A stretch of DNA of 62,706 nucleotides, filler included, from Diploschistes diacapsis (lineage: Eukaryota), in assembly GCA_023645945.1 (NCBI GenBank). It is 15 parts of 15 records of this genome, joined end to end, with 100 filler letters (N's around TTAATTAATTAA, not from the genome) between each part and the next. Parts side by side here need not be neighbours in the genome. Positions count along the whole stretch, not along the records: positions 3,070 to 24,419 come from JALAIB010000310.1; positions 24,520 to 25,953 come from JALAIB010003100.1; positions 26,054 to 27,487 come from JALAIB010003101.1; positions 27,588 to 29,020 come from JALAIB010003102.1; positions 29,121 to 30,553 come from JALAIB010003103.1; positions 30,654 to 32,085 come from JALAIB010003104.1; positions 32,186 to 33,617 come from JALAIB010003105.1; positions 33,718 to 35,147 come from JALAIB010003106.1; 7 more parts are not named here. One strand, 5' to 3'. A program made the position numbers and the translations under genes. Below the pieces are notes generated by a model. It was not told the DNA's origin. It did not search any database and saw nothing but the letters and a program-made list of their open reading frames with translations. Below are positions 22,877 to 34,235 of the stretch, one piece after another; position 1 is the first letter of the stretch, and the number at the start of each line of letters is the position of its first letter.

Positions 22877-24158
22877 ACATGTAGTCTTCATTCTCGTCGG
22901 ACATTACAACCACTGTCAGGGGCGACATGACAGAAGGTGGCCGCAGGGAGTAGAGCAAACCGCATATCGTTCAGCTGGCCTCTTCAGCGATGAGCAGGAA
23001 GCGGTGCATTTCCAGACTTTAAACCTAACCAGGTACCAATGTAACTAGGGGCTGCGGATCTATGATGCACGAAAAAGATCGACACCAGCATTGCCCACGA
23101 GACATGCAAACCATGAAAACTAGAATGCATCCGACTCTGTATTTCATTGCCACTCGCTAATTCCTCCGTCCATATCCACGATATACACCACTGTTCGTTC
23201 CAGTAGTGTACATTATCGTTGTAACATTGCATGTTAACATTGCATGTTGTACTTTCTGGACTCGACGCCTAGACCACAGCAGCAGCAAGCTCCACTTCCT
23301 GTCAGATGGGATTACGGACTCCAAAAGTGAAGACCTCATGTAGTCGTAACTTCTGCGTGGTTCGGCCTCACAGCCCCGTGCATTGTACGAGTACACGTAC
23401 GGACCCGGCAAAAGTAGGCTCGAAGACTTTTTGATCAGTCAACGGGTGGGGTCAGCTGACGATGGGAGTTTTGGAAAGGTTCTGCTTTAAGCGAGGCAAA
23501 CCCCATAGAAATGCTAGCAAATCGGAACGGACATCACCCAAAAAGTGCCATACAAAGAACCTTGCGATTAGTTTGTCGAGTTGGTGTTGGTGTACCAGAG
23601 TAAGGCGGACAAGGCCGCAAGCGTCCTATCACATGAGTGGTTTGGGCTAGTGGCGAGAGGGCTGAAAAATTCGCAGTCCAAGGCGTCTCGTACGTTTATT
23701 CGTAAAGTTACACCTGCGTTTATGGGGTGCGTGTACTATTCAACTATGTTTACGATACATTGTACATTACACATGCCATAGATACAGATACGCCCTGTAG
23801 GAATTTTCGTGGTGGTCACTGGTCCAACAGCCACACCGAACTCCGGCGAGGCTGGAACACGGGCCTTAGGCATTTTCTCTCTCCAGTAGACTACCACAAG
23901 GCTAGACCTCGAAAAACGAGCATGTCTTGCAAGGATGTGATATTAACTCAAGCCAAACCACTGGGCTCTCAAATTACTATTACTACTAGCCTGACTTTGC
24001 TGGATGCATCGACATGTTGTTCAATACATGAATATATACCAGCCCCCTCGTGACCTCTGGAATCCAAGAATAAGAATCCATAATATTACCGTTTGCAAAC
24101 CAAGATGAAGATGGTTGAGCTTTAGCTTCTGTCACGTGTGTCACGAGTCCTGGTGAAT

Positions 24159-24298
24159 ACATGATAGTACAGGATAGAACATGATAAAACATGATAAAAC
24201 ATAATAATACAGATCATAATACATGATGATACATGATGACACACGATAATACATGATAATACAGGATAATACAGGATAATACATGATAATACATGATA
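24159..24298. repeat. Degenerate 10-bp minisatellite (ACATGATAAT)n, ~14 units
   Basis: acatgatagt acaggataga acatgataaa acatgataaa ... acatgataat acaggataat acaggataat acatgataat. Confidence 0.9.
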
Positions 24299-24519
24299 CC
24301 AAGTAAAATACTGTACTGCACATGAAGTGTCGGCCGTGCCGCCTTGGAAGGATGGACTATAGGTGGTTAGAGTCATGGATCAACATCCGGCGTTTGTTGG
24401 ACAGCTGAAGAAGAACTTCNNNNNNNNNNNNNNNNNNNNNNNNNNNNNNNNNNNNNNNNNNNNTTAATTAATTAANNNNNNNNNNNNNNNNNNNNNNNNN
24501 NNNNNNNNNNNNNNNNNNN

Positions 24520-24699
24520 GAGCAGGGCACATATAAATACTGGGTGCCAGCCCTACTGCCCTACGGGGTTCAACCCTTGAACCCACAAACGATCAGGATG
24601 TTCCAAATGCTTCAGGAACCCCGATGCATTGTTTCCCTATTACACTATATGTAGGTGCGCAGCTGTGGTAGCGGGGAATCTATGACCCTGTAGGTCACA
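24520..24699 (-). mobile_element. Mosaic short LTR (modules A+C), truncated by the contig start
   Basis: Minus strand starts TGTGACC. It shares CACCTACATATAGTGTAATAGGGAAACA with 29122/39567 and TTGGAACATCCTGA..GTGCCCT with 26777. Confidence 0.7.
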
Positions 24700-24899
24700 T
24701 TATTAGGCATAATGAAATCATTAATATTTAGAATTTAACTTTGTTCAGAATTTTAATGTAAATTCATAAAAAAAAATCTTACGATCCTAATAACTTTAAT
24801 ATATCAAGATATTTACTTGCGATCCGCTTGGAGAATGTCAGAATACTAACCTAAATAGGTTAGTCAGATTGTTTACTAAGCTTTTAGTATGTTCGAATA

Positions 24900-25240
24900 T
24901 TCTGGACGGTTCTAGAAGGTTCTAAAATATTCTAGAACTGAAACGCCAGCGCAGGAACGGATGCTACACTACCGGGGGCTGAGCCTGATCCAGAAGAATT
25001 ACGTGTAACTGGCATCTATAAATAAAAGGTTTCGATTCGAAAAGCTAAAGAAGAAACTATCTAGGTAAGAGGGTGACATATATAAATAATATGGGTACCA
25101 GTTTTATCAGAGTTCGGGCATTACCCGCCTATATAGCCACCCTTTAACATCCTTCGCGCGGCTGGAATCGGCTAAAAGCGGCTATCCCGGTAAGACCCGT
25201 CATGTGATTCTGCCGTGGTCATGTGATCCTGCCGTGGCTT
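24900..25240 (-). mobile_element. LTR-derived segment sharing module D with 26920-26975
   Basis: 24964-25020 is the near-identical reverse complement of AGATGCCCAGTTGCACGTAATCCTTCCGGATCAGGCTCAGCCCCCGGTAGTG. Boundaries are approximate. Confidence 0.55.
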
Positions 25241-25785
25241 AGTAAATATCTGGGCTAAGCAGTTTTATTACCCTCTTATTTAGATGTTTATATTTCTTAT
25301 AAGCGCTATATACTTTTTTAGGCAATTTATATCTCTATATTTATCCTTTTGTTAGATTTCTTTAGAAAGATGTTCGTTATTTTTTAATATTTAACGCTCC
25401 TATATTTTTGATTCCATTTTAGCGTCGTTCTTAATTAAATATGCTTTTAGATTTTATAAGAAGGTAATCGTCGTGATAATCGATATCGTTTTATCCCAAA
25501 GATCCACTCCCGTCTATAATTTTTGCTGACGTTAGCTACCTATCCCCGAATACTGTTAATTACGGAGGTCTTATCTTTTTAAGATTTTAATCGATGAAAC
25601 TTTTATAGGATATCGAAAGTATTTTCGAAATTAATAACGAAATATTAACTATCGTCGGGTAATGTGTTTGACGGGGATTCCGGCCACCTAAAATCAGTAT
25701 TTTCATCTTACATTGGATCTTCCCCAATAATGACTACCTCGTATCGTAATAATTCGATTTTAATAAAATTTAACATCAACGACTA

Positions 25786-25953
25786 ACGTATATGCATAGC
25801 GAGCGGACACTCATAGCGAGCGGACACCCTTCTCGATTCGTACGAGTTACAATTACATTTGTGTAATTAATTCGTACGATATTTTATTATATTAATTATT
25901 AGTATCTTTTTTAGAAGCTATAGATTTTATTTTATAAATTCGCGTATTACGCC
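25786..25953. mobile_element. pogo/Fot1-type DNA transposon end (TIR)
   Basis: TA followed by ACGTATATGCATAGCGAGCGGACACTCATAGCGAGCGGACAC: an ACGT terminus with an internal ~17-bp direct repeat. Second copy at 62441. Confidence 0.8.
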
Positions 25954-26053
25954 NNNNNNNNNNNNNNNNNNNNNNNNNNNNNNNNNNNNNNNNNNNNTTA
26001 ATTAATTAANNNNNNNNNNNNNNNNNNNNNNNNNNNNNNNNNNNNNNNNNNNN

Positions 26054-26300
26054 GACACGGACATTATATTATAATAAATGCACGGATATAGACACCGCAA
26101 TAAAACCTTTCTCGGCACGGACACTAACACGGACACTATATTATAATAAAAACACAGACACGGACACTATAATTCAAATTTTTAAAATATGAACATTAAT
26201 ACGGACATTGCATTTCCGTGAATCCACGGACACGGACACTGCAGCTAAAAAATCTAAAACACTGACACTGACACTGTCAGTGTCAGTGACGGCCAGCCTA
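26054..26300. mobile_element. MITE copy (TAGGCTGGCCGT family), partial
   Basis: Ends GTCAGTGACGGCCAGCCTA; CACGGACAC subrepeats. Confidence 0.9.
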
Positions 26301-26776
26301 CTTTAAATATAAAGCGGATGTTTATTTTAGTAATTTATATGGATCTTTCGGCAGTATTATTTTAATTTCACGTGTATAGTACTATCGGTTCTATCTAAAT
26401 CTTTCAACTTCTTTTTTAATTCTCGATTATAGAAATTAATTTAGGTATATTATCGAAACGTACCGCTTTTAATTGTTTACCGCTTTAGAATTTTACATTA
26501 AGTTTTTACAGTTGTAGAATACGAATAGCATTCTTTCGAGTTTTGTAAAGAATAGACTAGATTTTTCGCGAGTAATTATTTATAATCTTTATAAGGTACT
26601 GATTGTTGTTAAGTAATCTTAAAAAGGATTTACAGATATCGATATTTATCAAATTTAGGATGTTTTATTTATATTTAATTAAAATACGGCCGATATGTTG
26701 CTTAGCTTTAATTAATTGATATATCTTACACGTATAAGGTGCGACGCGGATCGGATTAGCGAGAATCGTAACTTCG
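26301..26776 (-). mobile_element. RIP-degraded Copia integrase remnant
   Basis: TCKIYQLIKAKQHIGR..ILNLINIDICKSF..IINNYSRKI*..KAVRFDN corresponds to the Zn-knuckle end and DDE core (DICGP, DNYSR, RSDN) after RIP. Confidence 0.8.
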
Positions 26777-27050
26777 TGTAGGTTTGGAACATCCTGAACG
26801 TTTGTGGGTTCAAGGGTTGAACCCCGTAGGGCGGTAGGGCTGGCACCCACTATTTATTTGTGCCCTCCTCCCACCTAGATAGTTCCTTCCTTACCTTTTC
26901 GAATCTGAACCATTCAGCCTACAGATGCCCAGTTGCACGTAATCCTTCCGGATCAGGCTCAGCCCCCGGTAGTGCAGACCTATTCCTGTAGGGGCGTTCT
27001 AAGGTTTTAGAGTTTCTTAGGTCCTATATGGGTTATGCGTGCGTGTTATA
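26777..27050 (+). mobile_element. Solo LTR-like element (modules C+D)
   Basis: Termini TGTAGG...TGTTATA (RIP of TGTTACA). A GC-rich island in AT-rich DNA that shares modules with 24520-25100. Confidence 0.6.
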
Positions 27051-27199
27051 GTTAATAACTGTTCTTATTAAACTGAACTTTTGGGTTTAGTTTAGGTTTA
27101 GGCTGAACTCGGTTCAGATTAGCTGGTTTAAATTCAGCTATTGGGTACGTAGTTGTTCTATACGTATATTTTCCTTTCGTAATCTTGCTCGAGTAATAG

Positions 27200-27487
27200 A
27201 TTATTTTTTGATATATAAGAATGATCCGACCGTCGTCGTCGTATAAATACAGATTGTTTTAATTAAAGTTCCTCCCTAATTTTGTTTTATATAACTTTTA
27301 TCTCGATATAAGATTAACCTTTAATTTCGGAACGTATATTATATATCTTAAATATAAAACGTTATTATCTTGCTTTAATCTAATTTTCTTAGCGTAATTT
27401 GAATAGAGCATTTTTCCCCCGATTTTGATTCGTCGTTTTCGAATAGGAGTTAAATGTCTAAATAAATGTAGCTGATTAGTTATATGT
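27200..27487 (-). mobile_element. RIP-degraded Copia protease-region remnant
   Basis: HITNQLHLFRHLTPIRKRRIKIGG...IIYVPKLKVNLIS matches the Copia HM...YVP.L..NLIS pattern. Confidence 0.75.
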
Positions 27488-27587
27488 NNNNNNNNNNNNN
27501 NNNNNNNNNNNNNNNNNNNNNNNNNNNNNNNTTAATTAATTAANNNNNNNNNNNNNNNNNNNNNNNNNNNNNNNNNNNNNNNNNNNN

Positions 27588-27960
27588 ATATAAAGGAGAT
27601 CGATTAAGAAGGTTTTCGTGGTTTATTTATTACGAAAGCTAGATGGGATTTTTTGTAAATAAAATATTAGGCGATAACTAAACTTAAACGTCGCCAATTA
27701 AATCTTAAATTCGTCAATTATAAATTCAAGAAAGGCACGACTATTTAAGAAGTATGGATGTATTTAATAAAACTTTTAAAGAAGTTGTCGTATAAACGAA
27801 TCGAATACGCCTTAAAGGTTCTTTTTTAGTAATTATTTGTAGTATTGCCGCCTGATTACGGAGTTATTGTCGACGTTATTAACACGTAAATCGATAGTAT
27901 TTTATTCGTTAATATCGATTTCGATAAATAATTTAATAAATTTATCGATAAGTAAGATAA
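27588..27960 (+). mobile_element. RIP-degraded Copia gag (UBN2-like) remnant
   Basis: KARWDFL*IKY*..LKFVNYKFKKGTTI*EVW..LPPDYGVIVD. A second copy lies in reverse at 38308-38632. Confidence 0.65.
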
Positions 27961-28123
27961 GCTGATAGAAAAGGTTATAGTATATTTTTTAAGTTATGAC
28001 AAATCATAGTATTCTGGAGGCTTCCGTTTTTAAAAACGATCCGACGAAAGACGACACCGCCATTTTAGCCTAATAAGAGGATATCTATTTCATAAAGACA
28101 ATAATTATCGCGTAATATAGTAC

Positions 28124-28414
28124 TAGGCTGGCCGTCACTGACACTGACAGTGTCAGTGTCAATGTTTTAGATTTTTTAGCTGCGGTGTACGTGTCCGTGG
28201 ATTCACGGAAATGCAGTGTCCGTGTTAGTATTAATGTTTTAAAATTTTTAATTGTAGTATCCGTGTCCGTGCTTTCACTGCAGTGTAATGTCTGTGTCAG
28301 TGTCCGTGTCCGTGTTTTAAAACTTTTGCTGTCGTGTCCGTGTCAGTGTCCGTGTTTTGAAATTTTTTGCTGCAGTGTCCGTGTCAGTGACCGTGGCACG
28401 AAACGGCCAGCCTA
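28124..28414. mobile_element. Complete MITE, 291 bp (TAGGCTGGCCGT family)
   Basis: Perfect 12-bp TIRs TAGGCTGGCCGT / ACGGCCAGCCTA; internal GTGTCCGTG repeats; no transposase ORF. Confidence 0.93.
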
Positions 28415-28707
28415 AATTATACTGCCGGGATGTTTCGTCGTTATCGCTTATTTATCCAATAAATCCTTTATTTAGGGCTTATAAGAAGGTTATTCTTTTC
28501 TCGATTTAAGTTCTCGTTCAGGGTAACTACTGGCGAAGTGTCTCTTCTTATACTAGTTATAACAGGTTTCGTTGTTGATCTATTCTTTAATAAACATGGT
28601 CGGTTTCTTATTAATTATATCGACGAAGGTTTTAAATTCTTTCTTACTACGATTTTTAAAAATTCTTTAGGGACAAGAAATGTACGAACTATTATTTCGG
28701 GTATTAA

Positions 28708-29020
28708 TGTTACGATCCAAGGTACTAGGCAGTAGTACTTGGCACGTAACAGCTAGTCGGGCACTTCCCAACCATTCCTTGTATATAGTCCAATTAGGGT
28801 GACACGGGTCACGTGACGAATAGAAGGTCTGAAAGATCATTCTATCTAGTTATAAGTAGAAAGGGAGAATGGTAATTTTATTTATTTATTTTATTAAGAG
28901 AGTTATTAGTTATATAAGAACGTCGTTATGGCCTTTATAAATCTAAAATGTGTTTATTTTTATAAATATCTTTAATTATTACTCGGGATTAATTTATATT
29001 CGTTATTTTTATTATTAAAG
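28708..29020 (-). mobile_element. LTR family L1, partial
   Basis: Begins TGTTACGATCCAAG; reverse complement of ~2310-2629. Confidence 0.85.
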
Positions 29021-29121
29021 NNNNNNNNNNNNNNNNNNNNNNNNNNNNNNNNNNNNNNNNNNNNTTAATTAATTAANNNNNNNNNNNNNNNNNNNNNNNN
29101 NNNNNNNNNNNNNNNNNNNNA

Positions 29122-29284
29122 TGTAAGGCCTGCGGGGTTACACATCTGCCACCTGCTGCCACAGCCACGCACCTACATATAGTGTAATAGGGAAACAGTG
29201 CTTCGGGGTTCCTGAAAGCATTGTGGTTAGTCTTTTGGCTCAGTGGGATAGCGCTACCTATTAGGCACTACCCCCGCTGTTACA
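29122..29284 (+). mobile_element. Short solo LTR family L2 (163 bp; modules A+B)
   Basis: Termini TGTAAG...TGTTACA. The 3' ~130 bp is near-identical to 32186-32322 and 39600-39736. Confidence 0.85.
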
Positions 29285-29756
29285 AACCATCTTATTTAAC
29301 GTACTTTATATTAAACGTTTAATCCTCGTCCGGAACCATATTTAACGTCGAAAATCTTCTCGATCTCTTATTCTTTTCCGATATCTATTTCTATCGAAAG
29401 TAATTTAGGATATTCTTATCCTTCCAATAAATCCCGTAAATTTTTTAAAAATAAAAACGAATAAAAAGTTTTAAACTATTTTATCGACGTAAATAAATCC
29501 AGTTCGTAATCGACGTCGTTTAATTTTCGTAATACGTTATATGGACCGCTTTATTTACTATTCAGCTTCTTGCAGGCCCGGGTGGTTCTAATATTACATA
29601 TATTTAACTAAACTAAATCATTAGGATTAATCTTTTTAACGAGGCGTCGATGCTCGTTCGCGTATGACTTTTATTTTTACTATATTAAGACTATATATCT
29701 TTTCGCGAAGTTCCAGATATCCTACATAATTTCGACGATAGTATTAATATTTTAAT
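29285..29756 (-). mobile_element. Chromovirus (Ty3/Gypsy) integrase C-terminus with GPY/F motif and chromodomain, RIP-degraded
   Basis: NIRTTRACKKLNSK*SGPYNVLRKLNDVDYELDL...E*EIEKIFDVK...*YKVR*IRW. Confidence 0.85.
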
Positions 29757-29922
29757 TAGGCTGGCCGTCACGGACACTGACACGGCCGTGGCAGTATCCG
29801 TGTTTTAAAATTTTCAGCCGTAGTGTCCGTGTCCGTGCTTTTACTACAGTGCAGTGTCCGTGCCGAGAAAATTTTCGCGGTAGTGTCCGTGTCAGTGACC
29901 GTGGCACGCAACGGCCAGCCTA
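29757..29922. mobile_element. Complete minimal MITE, 166 bp (TAGGCTGGCCGT family)
   Basis: Perfect 12-bp TIRs; fewer internal subrepeats; barely mutated. Confidence 0.93.
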
Positions 29923-30653
29923 CTTAAGAACATGTCTATTAAGGAACCTACGGCCTATGCTGTGAAGAATTCTACAAAATTATCCGTATTAGGGGATAAA
30001 TTGGCGTCTCGACGAGTTATTTTATTAATATGATCGCCGTATTTACCATTTTGTATTTCTTAGGATCAGTCTTGGCTATTAAAAACCATGGATTCCGGTA
30101 CGGTCTTTAATAGTATTCTAATATCCCAGTATCGATTCGTTCTTGAAGCATTTTTATTATTACCGGTTTTAGGGTTTTTGGAATGCGAAAGGATTTTATT
30201 TGTTATGTTTCGTGATCGATGGTGTTTATTTCTTAAGGCGGCGCAACCTCTGGGCGTATGCGTCCTATATAAGAGAAATCTTAGGTTAGAGTTGCTTTCC
30301 GATTTGATAATACTTTTAATAATAATGTTCTTTTTTTTTAATAAATTGCTTGCTTATATTTAGGGCCTGTTTCCGTTCTTCCGTAAAACGGTCCCTTTTA
30401 GGTATTTATGAAAACTTTAGAATAATAAGATCTAAATATTCGTTATTTAATATTATTCTTGCGGTTAAAATCATTTTTTGTAATTCCGCTTCTTTTTATG
30501 CAGACGAGTTTCTTAACGTAGCACTAATATTCGGATTAAGTTTGTCGTTAAGANNNNNNNNNNNNNNNNNNNNNNNNNNNNNNNNNNNNNNNNNNNNTTA
30601 ATTAATTAANNNNNNNNNNNNNNNNNNNNNNNNNNNNNNNNNNNNNNNNNNNN

Positions 30654-31642
30654 TCTGACGCTAGATTAAATACTTGAAAACCTTTAAGAATTAACTTAAA
30701 CGAAAAAGCAACGTACGCGTTTCGTATTTTAAAAAAAGTTATAAGTAAGTAAAAATACCTTCGAAAGAAAGTTTTCATTATTAATAATCGGAAATATTTA
30801 AATCATATACTTTTCGACGAATATAGAAACTTCGGATATAATTACGCCAGGCACGAAACACTAATATACGTCTTTTATAAAAAGATAATTATTAACGTAA
30901 CATTCTAACGATACTACGAGGAAGTATTATATAACAATAAACACGAGGACTATCGTCTTTTATACGACTATAAGACAAAGGGATGTCCGGTTGGTATACA
31001 TAACGGAAAACGAACGAAAACAGATCCATCAACGATAAAAAAAATCATTATAATAACAGAATTCTACTTCGTACATAATACTTATCGTGTAAAAAAGTAC
31101 GAACATCTAGATTACGCGAAGTTCTACGAACCAAAGAACTGCCGTGATAAGAATTACATGATTTTAATATATCACGATTATAAATTTCGGTTAAGAATCG
31201 TAAAAAATATAAAAGTTAACGAATTAAATTCTATATATCCTAAACACGAAAATTAGAACGACTTTTATTATAAAAATAAGAGATATAAATACTATCGCAA
31301 CGGAACATATCTTATATAAAAAGAAATTATAAAAAAAGTTAGAACTTTTTAGTTATAAGTTAAACTAAAGAATTATATACTATAAACATAAGCGCTAGCA
31401 CGCGGACTTAAATAAAACGAATTTAAACCGATTTCGAAATTAGATTAAAACGACATACCGTACGAGTACTAATTAATTTAAATATTATTATAAACGCTAT
31501 CTTAATTTTATGTCTATAACGATTAAAGATAAAGAATTACGAACTTATATAAAAATATACATTCAAAACCGTGACAACACGTAACGCTTTACAGGTCATT
31601 AAACGTACGTTATCGTTAATAATTAAGATCTTAAAGCATATT
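30654..31642 (+). mobile_element. RIP-degraded Ty3/Gypsy gag-protease remnant
   Basis: Cys/His-rich gag-like segments, then VRVLINLNIIINAI at ~31460, which is a transition-only derivative of the aspartic protease motif ALIDSGAT.NAI. Confidence 0.55.
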
Positions 31643-32076
31643 TGTTATGATCTCTATCTCTACAAGGTAGACACGAGGTATTGATCAAGGTGGGTTTGGT
31701 TTCGTTTAGAAGAGGAGTGCAAGCAGGAGAAGAAGGTAGAGCAGTCATAAGTTTGACTGTCTCTGAAAGAAGGTTCTAAATGATAGAAATAACGAATATA
31801 GATTGATCCTAAGTAATGATTAAGGATGTCTATAAAAATAAACACGTCCTAATAAGAAAAGGCTATGGCGACGTTCTTATATAGTTTAAGTTAACAGCCA
31901 GTTATCGATAACAAGCTATCGTAACAGCGCTGTTATTGATAAATAATTATCCCGAATAAATTTATTTTTAATAAATATCTATTAACGGGTATCTGTTAAT
32001 TACGTAACCCCTATTACCGTGATTAGTTATATATAGAAAGCTAGGACGTGTTAAGTTTAATATTTGGATCGTAATA
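31643..32076 (+). mobile_element. Solo LTR, L1-related (shared 5' half, different 3' half)
   Basis: TGTTATGATCTCTATC...GGATCGTAATA. Aligns to ~2176-2420 and then diverges. Confidence 0.8.
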
Positions 32077-32185
32077 TTATCTTTTNNNNNNNNNNNNNNN
32101 NNNNNNNNNNNNNNNNNNNNNNNNNNNNNTTAATTAATTAANNNNNNNNNNNNNNNNNNNNNNNNNNNNNNNNNNNNNNNNNNNN

Positions 32186-32322
32186 TCCCCCTGCTGCCAC
32201 AGCCACGCACCTACATATAGTGTAATAGGGAAACAGTGCTTCGGGGTTCCTGAAAGCATTGTGTTAGTCTTTTGGCTCAGTGGGATAGCGCTACCCTATT
32301 AGGCACTACCCCCGCTGTTACA
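32186..32322 (+). mobile_element. Short LTR family L2, partial
   Basis: Essentially identical to 39600-39736; ends CCGCTGTTACA. Confidence 0.88.
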
Positions 32323-32652
32323 TTATCCTTCTCGATCTCGTTTTTTTCGAAAGGATGATCCGTTCGATTATTTTTTATATGATAGAAACATAATCCTTTT
32401 TATTAGACTCGGTATAGCGAACGTATTTTATCGAGACGGAAAGTATTCTGATATAGTCGTGAAAGAATAGGCAATGATTATAAGATAGTATATTTAGAAA
32501 ACCCCGAAAACGAATAATAGAATTTAGGCGTTTCTTTTATATCGAAGATAAAGAAGACATCGCTGTTCCACGATTTGGAACTTTTTTTTATTTAATACTT
32601 ATATTAACCCTTCGGTGCTTGTCGGGTCGATAAAGTTGAAGGAAAAGGATAA

Positions 32653-33109
32653 TATTACGATTTAAGGTATTATACGATAATATTTGACACGCAATAGTTA
32701 GTCGGGTATTTCCTAATTATTTCTTATATATAGCTTAATTAGGGTAACACGGGTCACGTAACGAGTAAAAGGTTTGGAAGACCGTTCTATTCAGTCGTGG
32801 GTAAAAAAGAAGAACGGTAATTTTATTTATCTATTTATTTATTCCGTTGAGGGAGTTGTTAATTATATAAGAACTTTTATTATAGCTCCGTTAAGTTTTA
32901 GTATGTTTATTTTCATAAACATTCCTAGTTATTACTCGGGATCAATTTATATTCGTTATTTCTATTATTAGAAAGCCTTCTTTCCGGAGATAATTTAAGA
33001 TCTATAATTGCTTTATCTTCTTCTCTTATTTGCATTCTTCTTCTAAACGAGACTAAACTTATCTTAATCAATACCTCGTGTCTATCTTATAAAGATAGAG
33101 ATCATAACA
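32653..33109 (-). mobile_element. Solo LTR family L1 (~457 bp)
   Basis: Reverse complement of 2176-2629 with transition-type differences; ends GATCATAACA. Confidence 0.85.
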
Positions 33110-33123
33110 TAAAGGTGTTAAAA

Positions 33124-33270
33124 ACGGGTCAATTACCCACGTCAACGACGGGTCAATTACTTACGTCAACGACGGATTAATTACCCACGTCAACGACGGG
33201 TCAATTACTTATGTTAACGACGGGTCAATTATTCACGTCAAAGACGCATTAATTACGCACGCCAAAAACG
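33124..33270. repeat. 24-bp tandem repeat (ACGGGTCAATTACCCACGTCAACG), ~6 units
   Basis: Units are directly visible and differ mainly by C>T. Confidence 0.92.
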
Positions 33271-33717
33271 CATCAACGATAAAGGTAAAAGTTCAGCTAA
33301 ATTATACTAAACTTGCACCATTTACTCCTATCGAGGATCACAGTATTTTAAAGGCCTCTACTTCCGCTCCATATGACCAACCCGAGCCAGATGATGGTGG
33401 CCGACGGTTAATAAAAAAGTTCTTACGGGTTAAAGTTTTAAAAAAAAGAATTAAATTTAAACCCAAACTTGAACCTAAATCTATTAAATCGAATATATTA
33501 AAACCTATTACGTTAATAACGGGCGTTATACACGTTATTAATAACCCGATTACGCATACAATACCCGTTAACGCCACGTTAATAACGTTTAATATATAAG
33601 ATTCTTAAACAATAAACNNNNNNNNNNNNNNNNNNNNNNNNNNNNNNNNNNNNNNNNNNNNTTAATTAATTAANNNNNNNNNNNNNNNNNNNNNNNNNNN
33701 NNNNNNNNNNNNNNNNN

Positions 33718-34098
33718 AAAAATAATCCTATAATTATAAATCTGAAACTAATCATGATAAAAAGGTTTTAATAAATAAAGGTAACGAATATAAATTGATT
33801 CTGAGCTTTAATTAAAAATTTCTATAATAATAAGCATATTAAAACATAAATAATCCTAATTAAAACATTATATATGTAGTAACCCTCGATAGAGTATTAA
33901 TACATACTTCTTTAACTTTCACGGAACGAAATGAGCGGCTGCGATAACTCCCATAAAACAAAAAAAACGCTGTTTATTGTTCCCAAAAAGCACATGGAAC
34001 GGTGCCGCTAGCCCCAACGACTCACATGACCAGTACCCACGCGAGATTCCTAAGTGAGTGGCTGGGACGTAACAGGTCTAGTTACCTGGATCGTAACA
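33718..34098 (+). mobile_element. L1-related LTR, partial
   Basis: Shares AACGAATATAAATTGAT and the terminal TGGATCGTAACA with L1; the 3' half is distinct and GC-richer. Confidence 0.6.
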
Positions 34099-34235
34099 TC
34101 TGTTAAGTTATTTATCGTAAATAAAGTCGATAATAACTACGTAATTAAGTGACAATGTTGCAAGTAATTGTTAAAAGAATAACCCGTTTATTGTATAAAA
34201 TTATTCTTTATCTCGTTATTTTTTTAATTAAATAA

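Noticed and set aside
29122..29284. Retrozyme (hammerhead-containing LTR)
   Set aside because: No CTGANGA...GAAA core found on either strand.
29923..30553. Degraded ORF-like DNA after the 166-bp MITE
   Set aside because: Probably TE-derived, but no motif could be recognised, so it was left unannotated.
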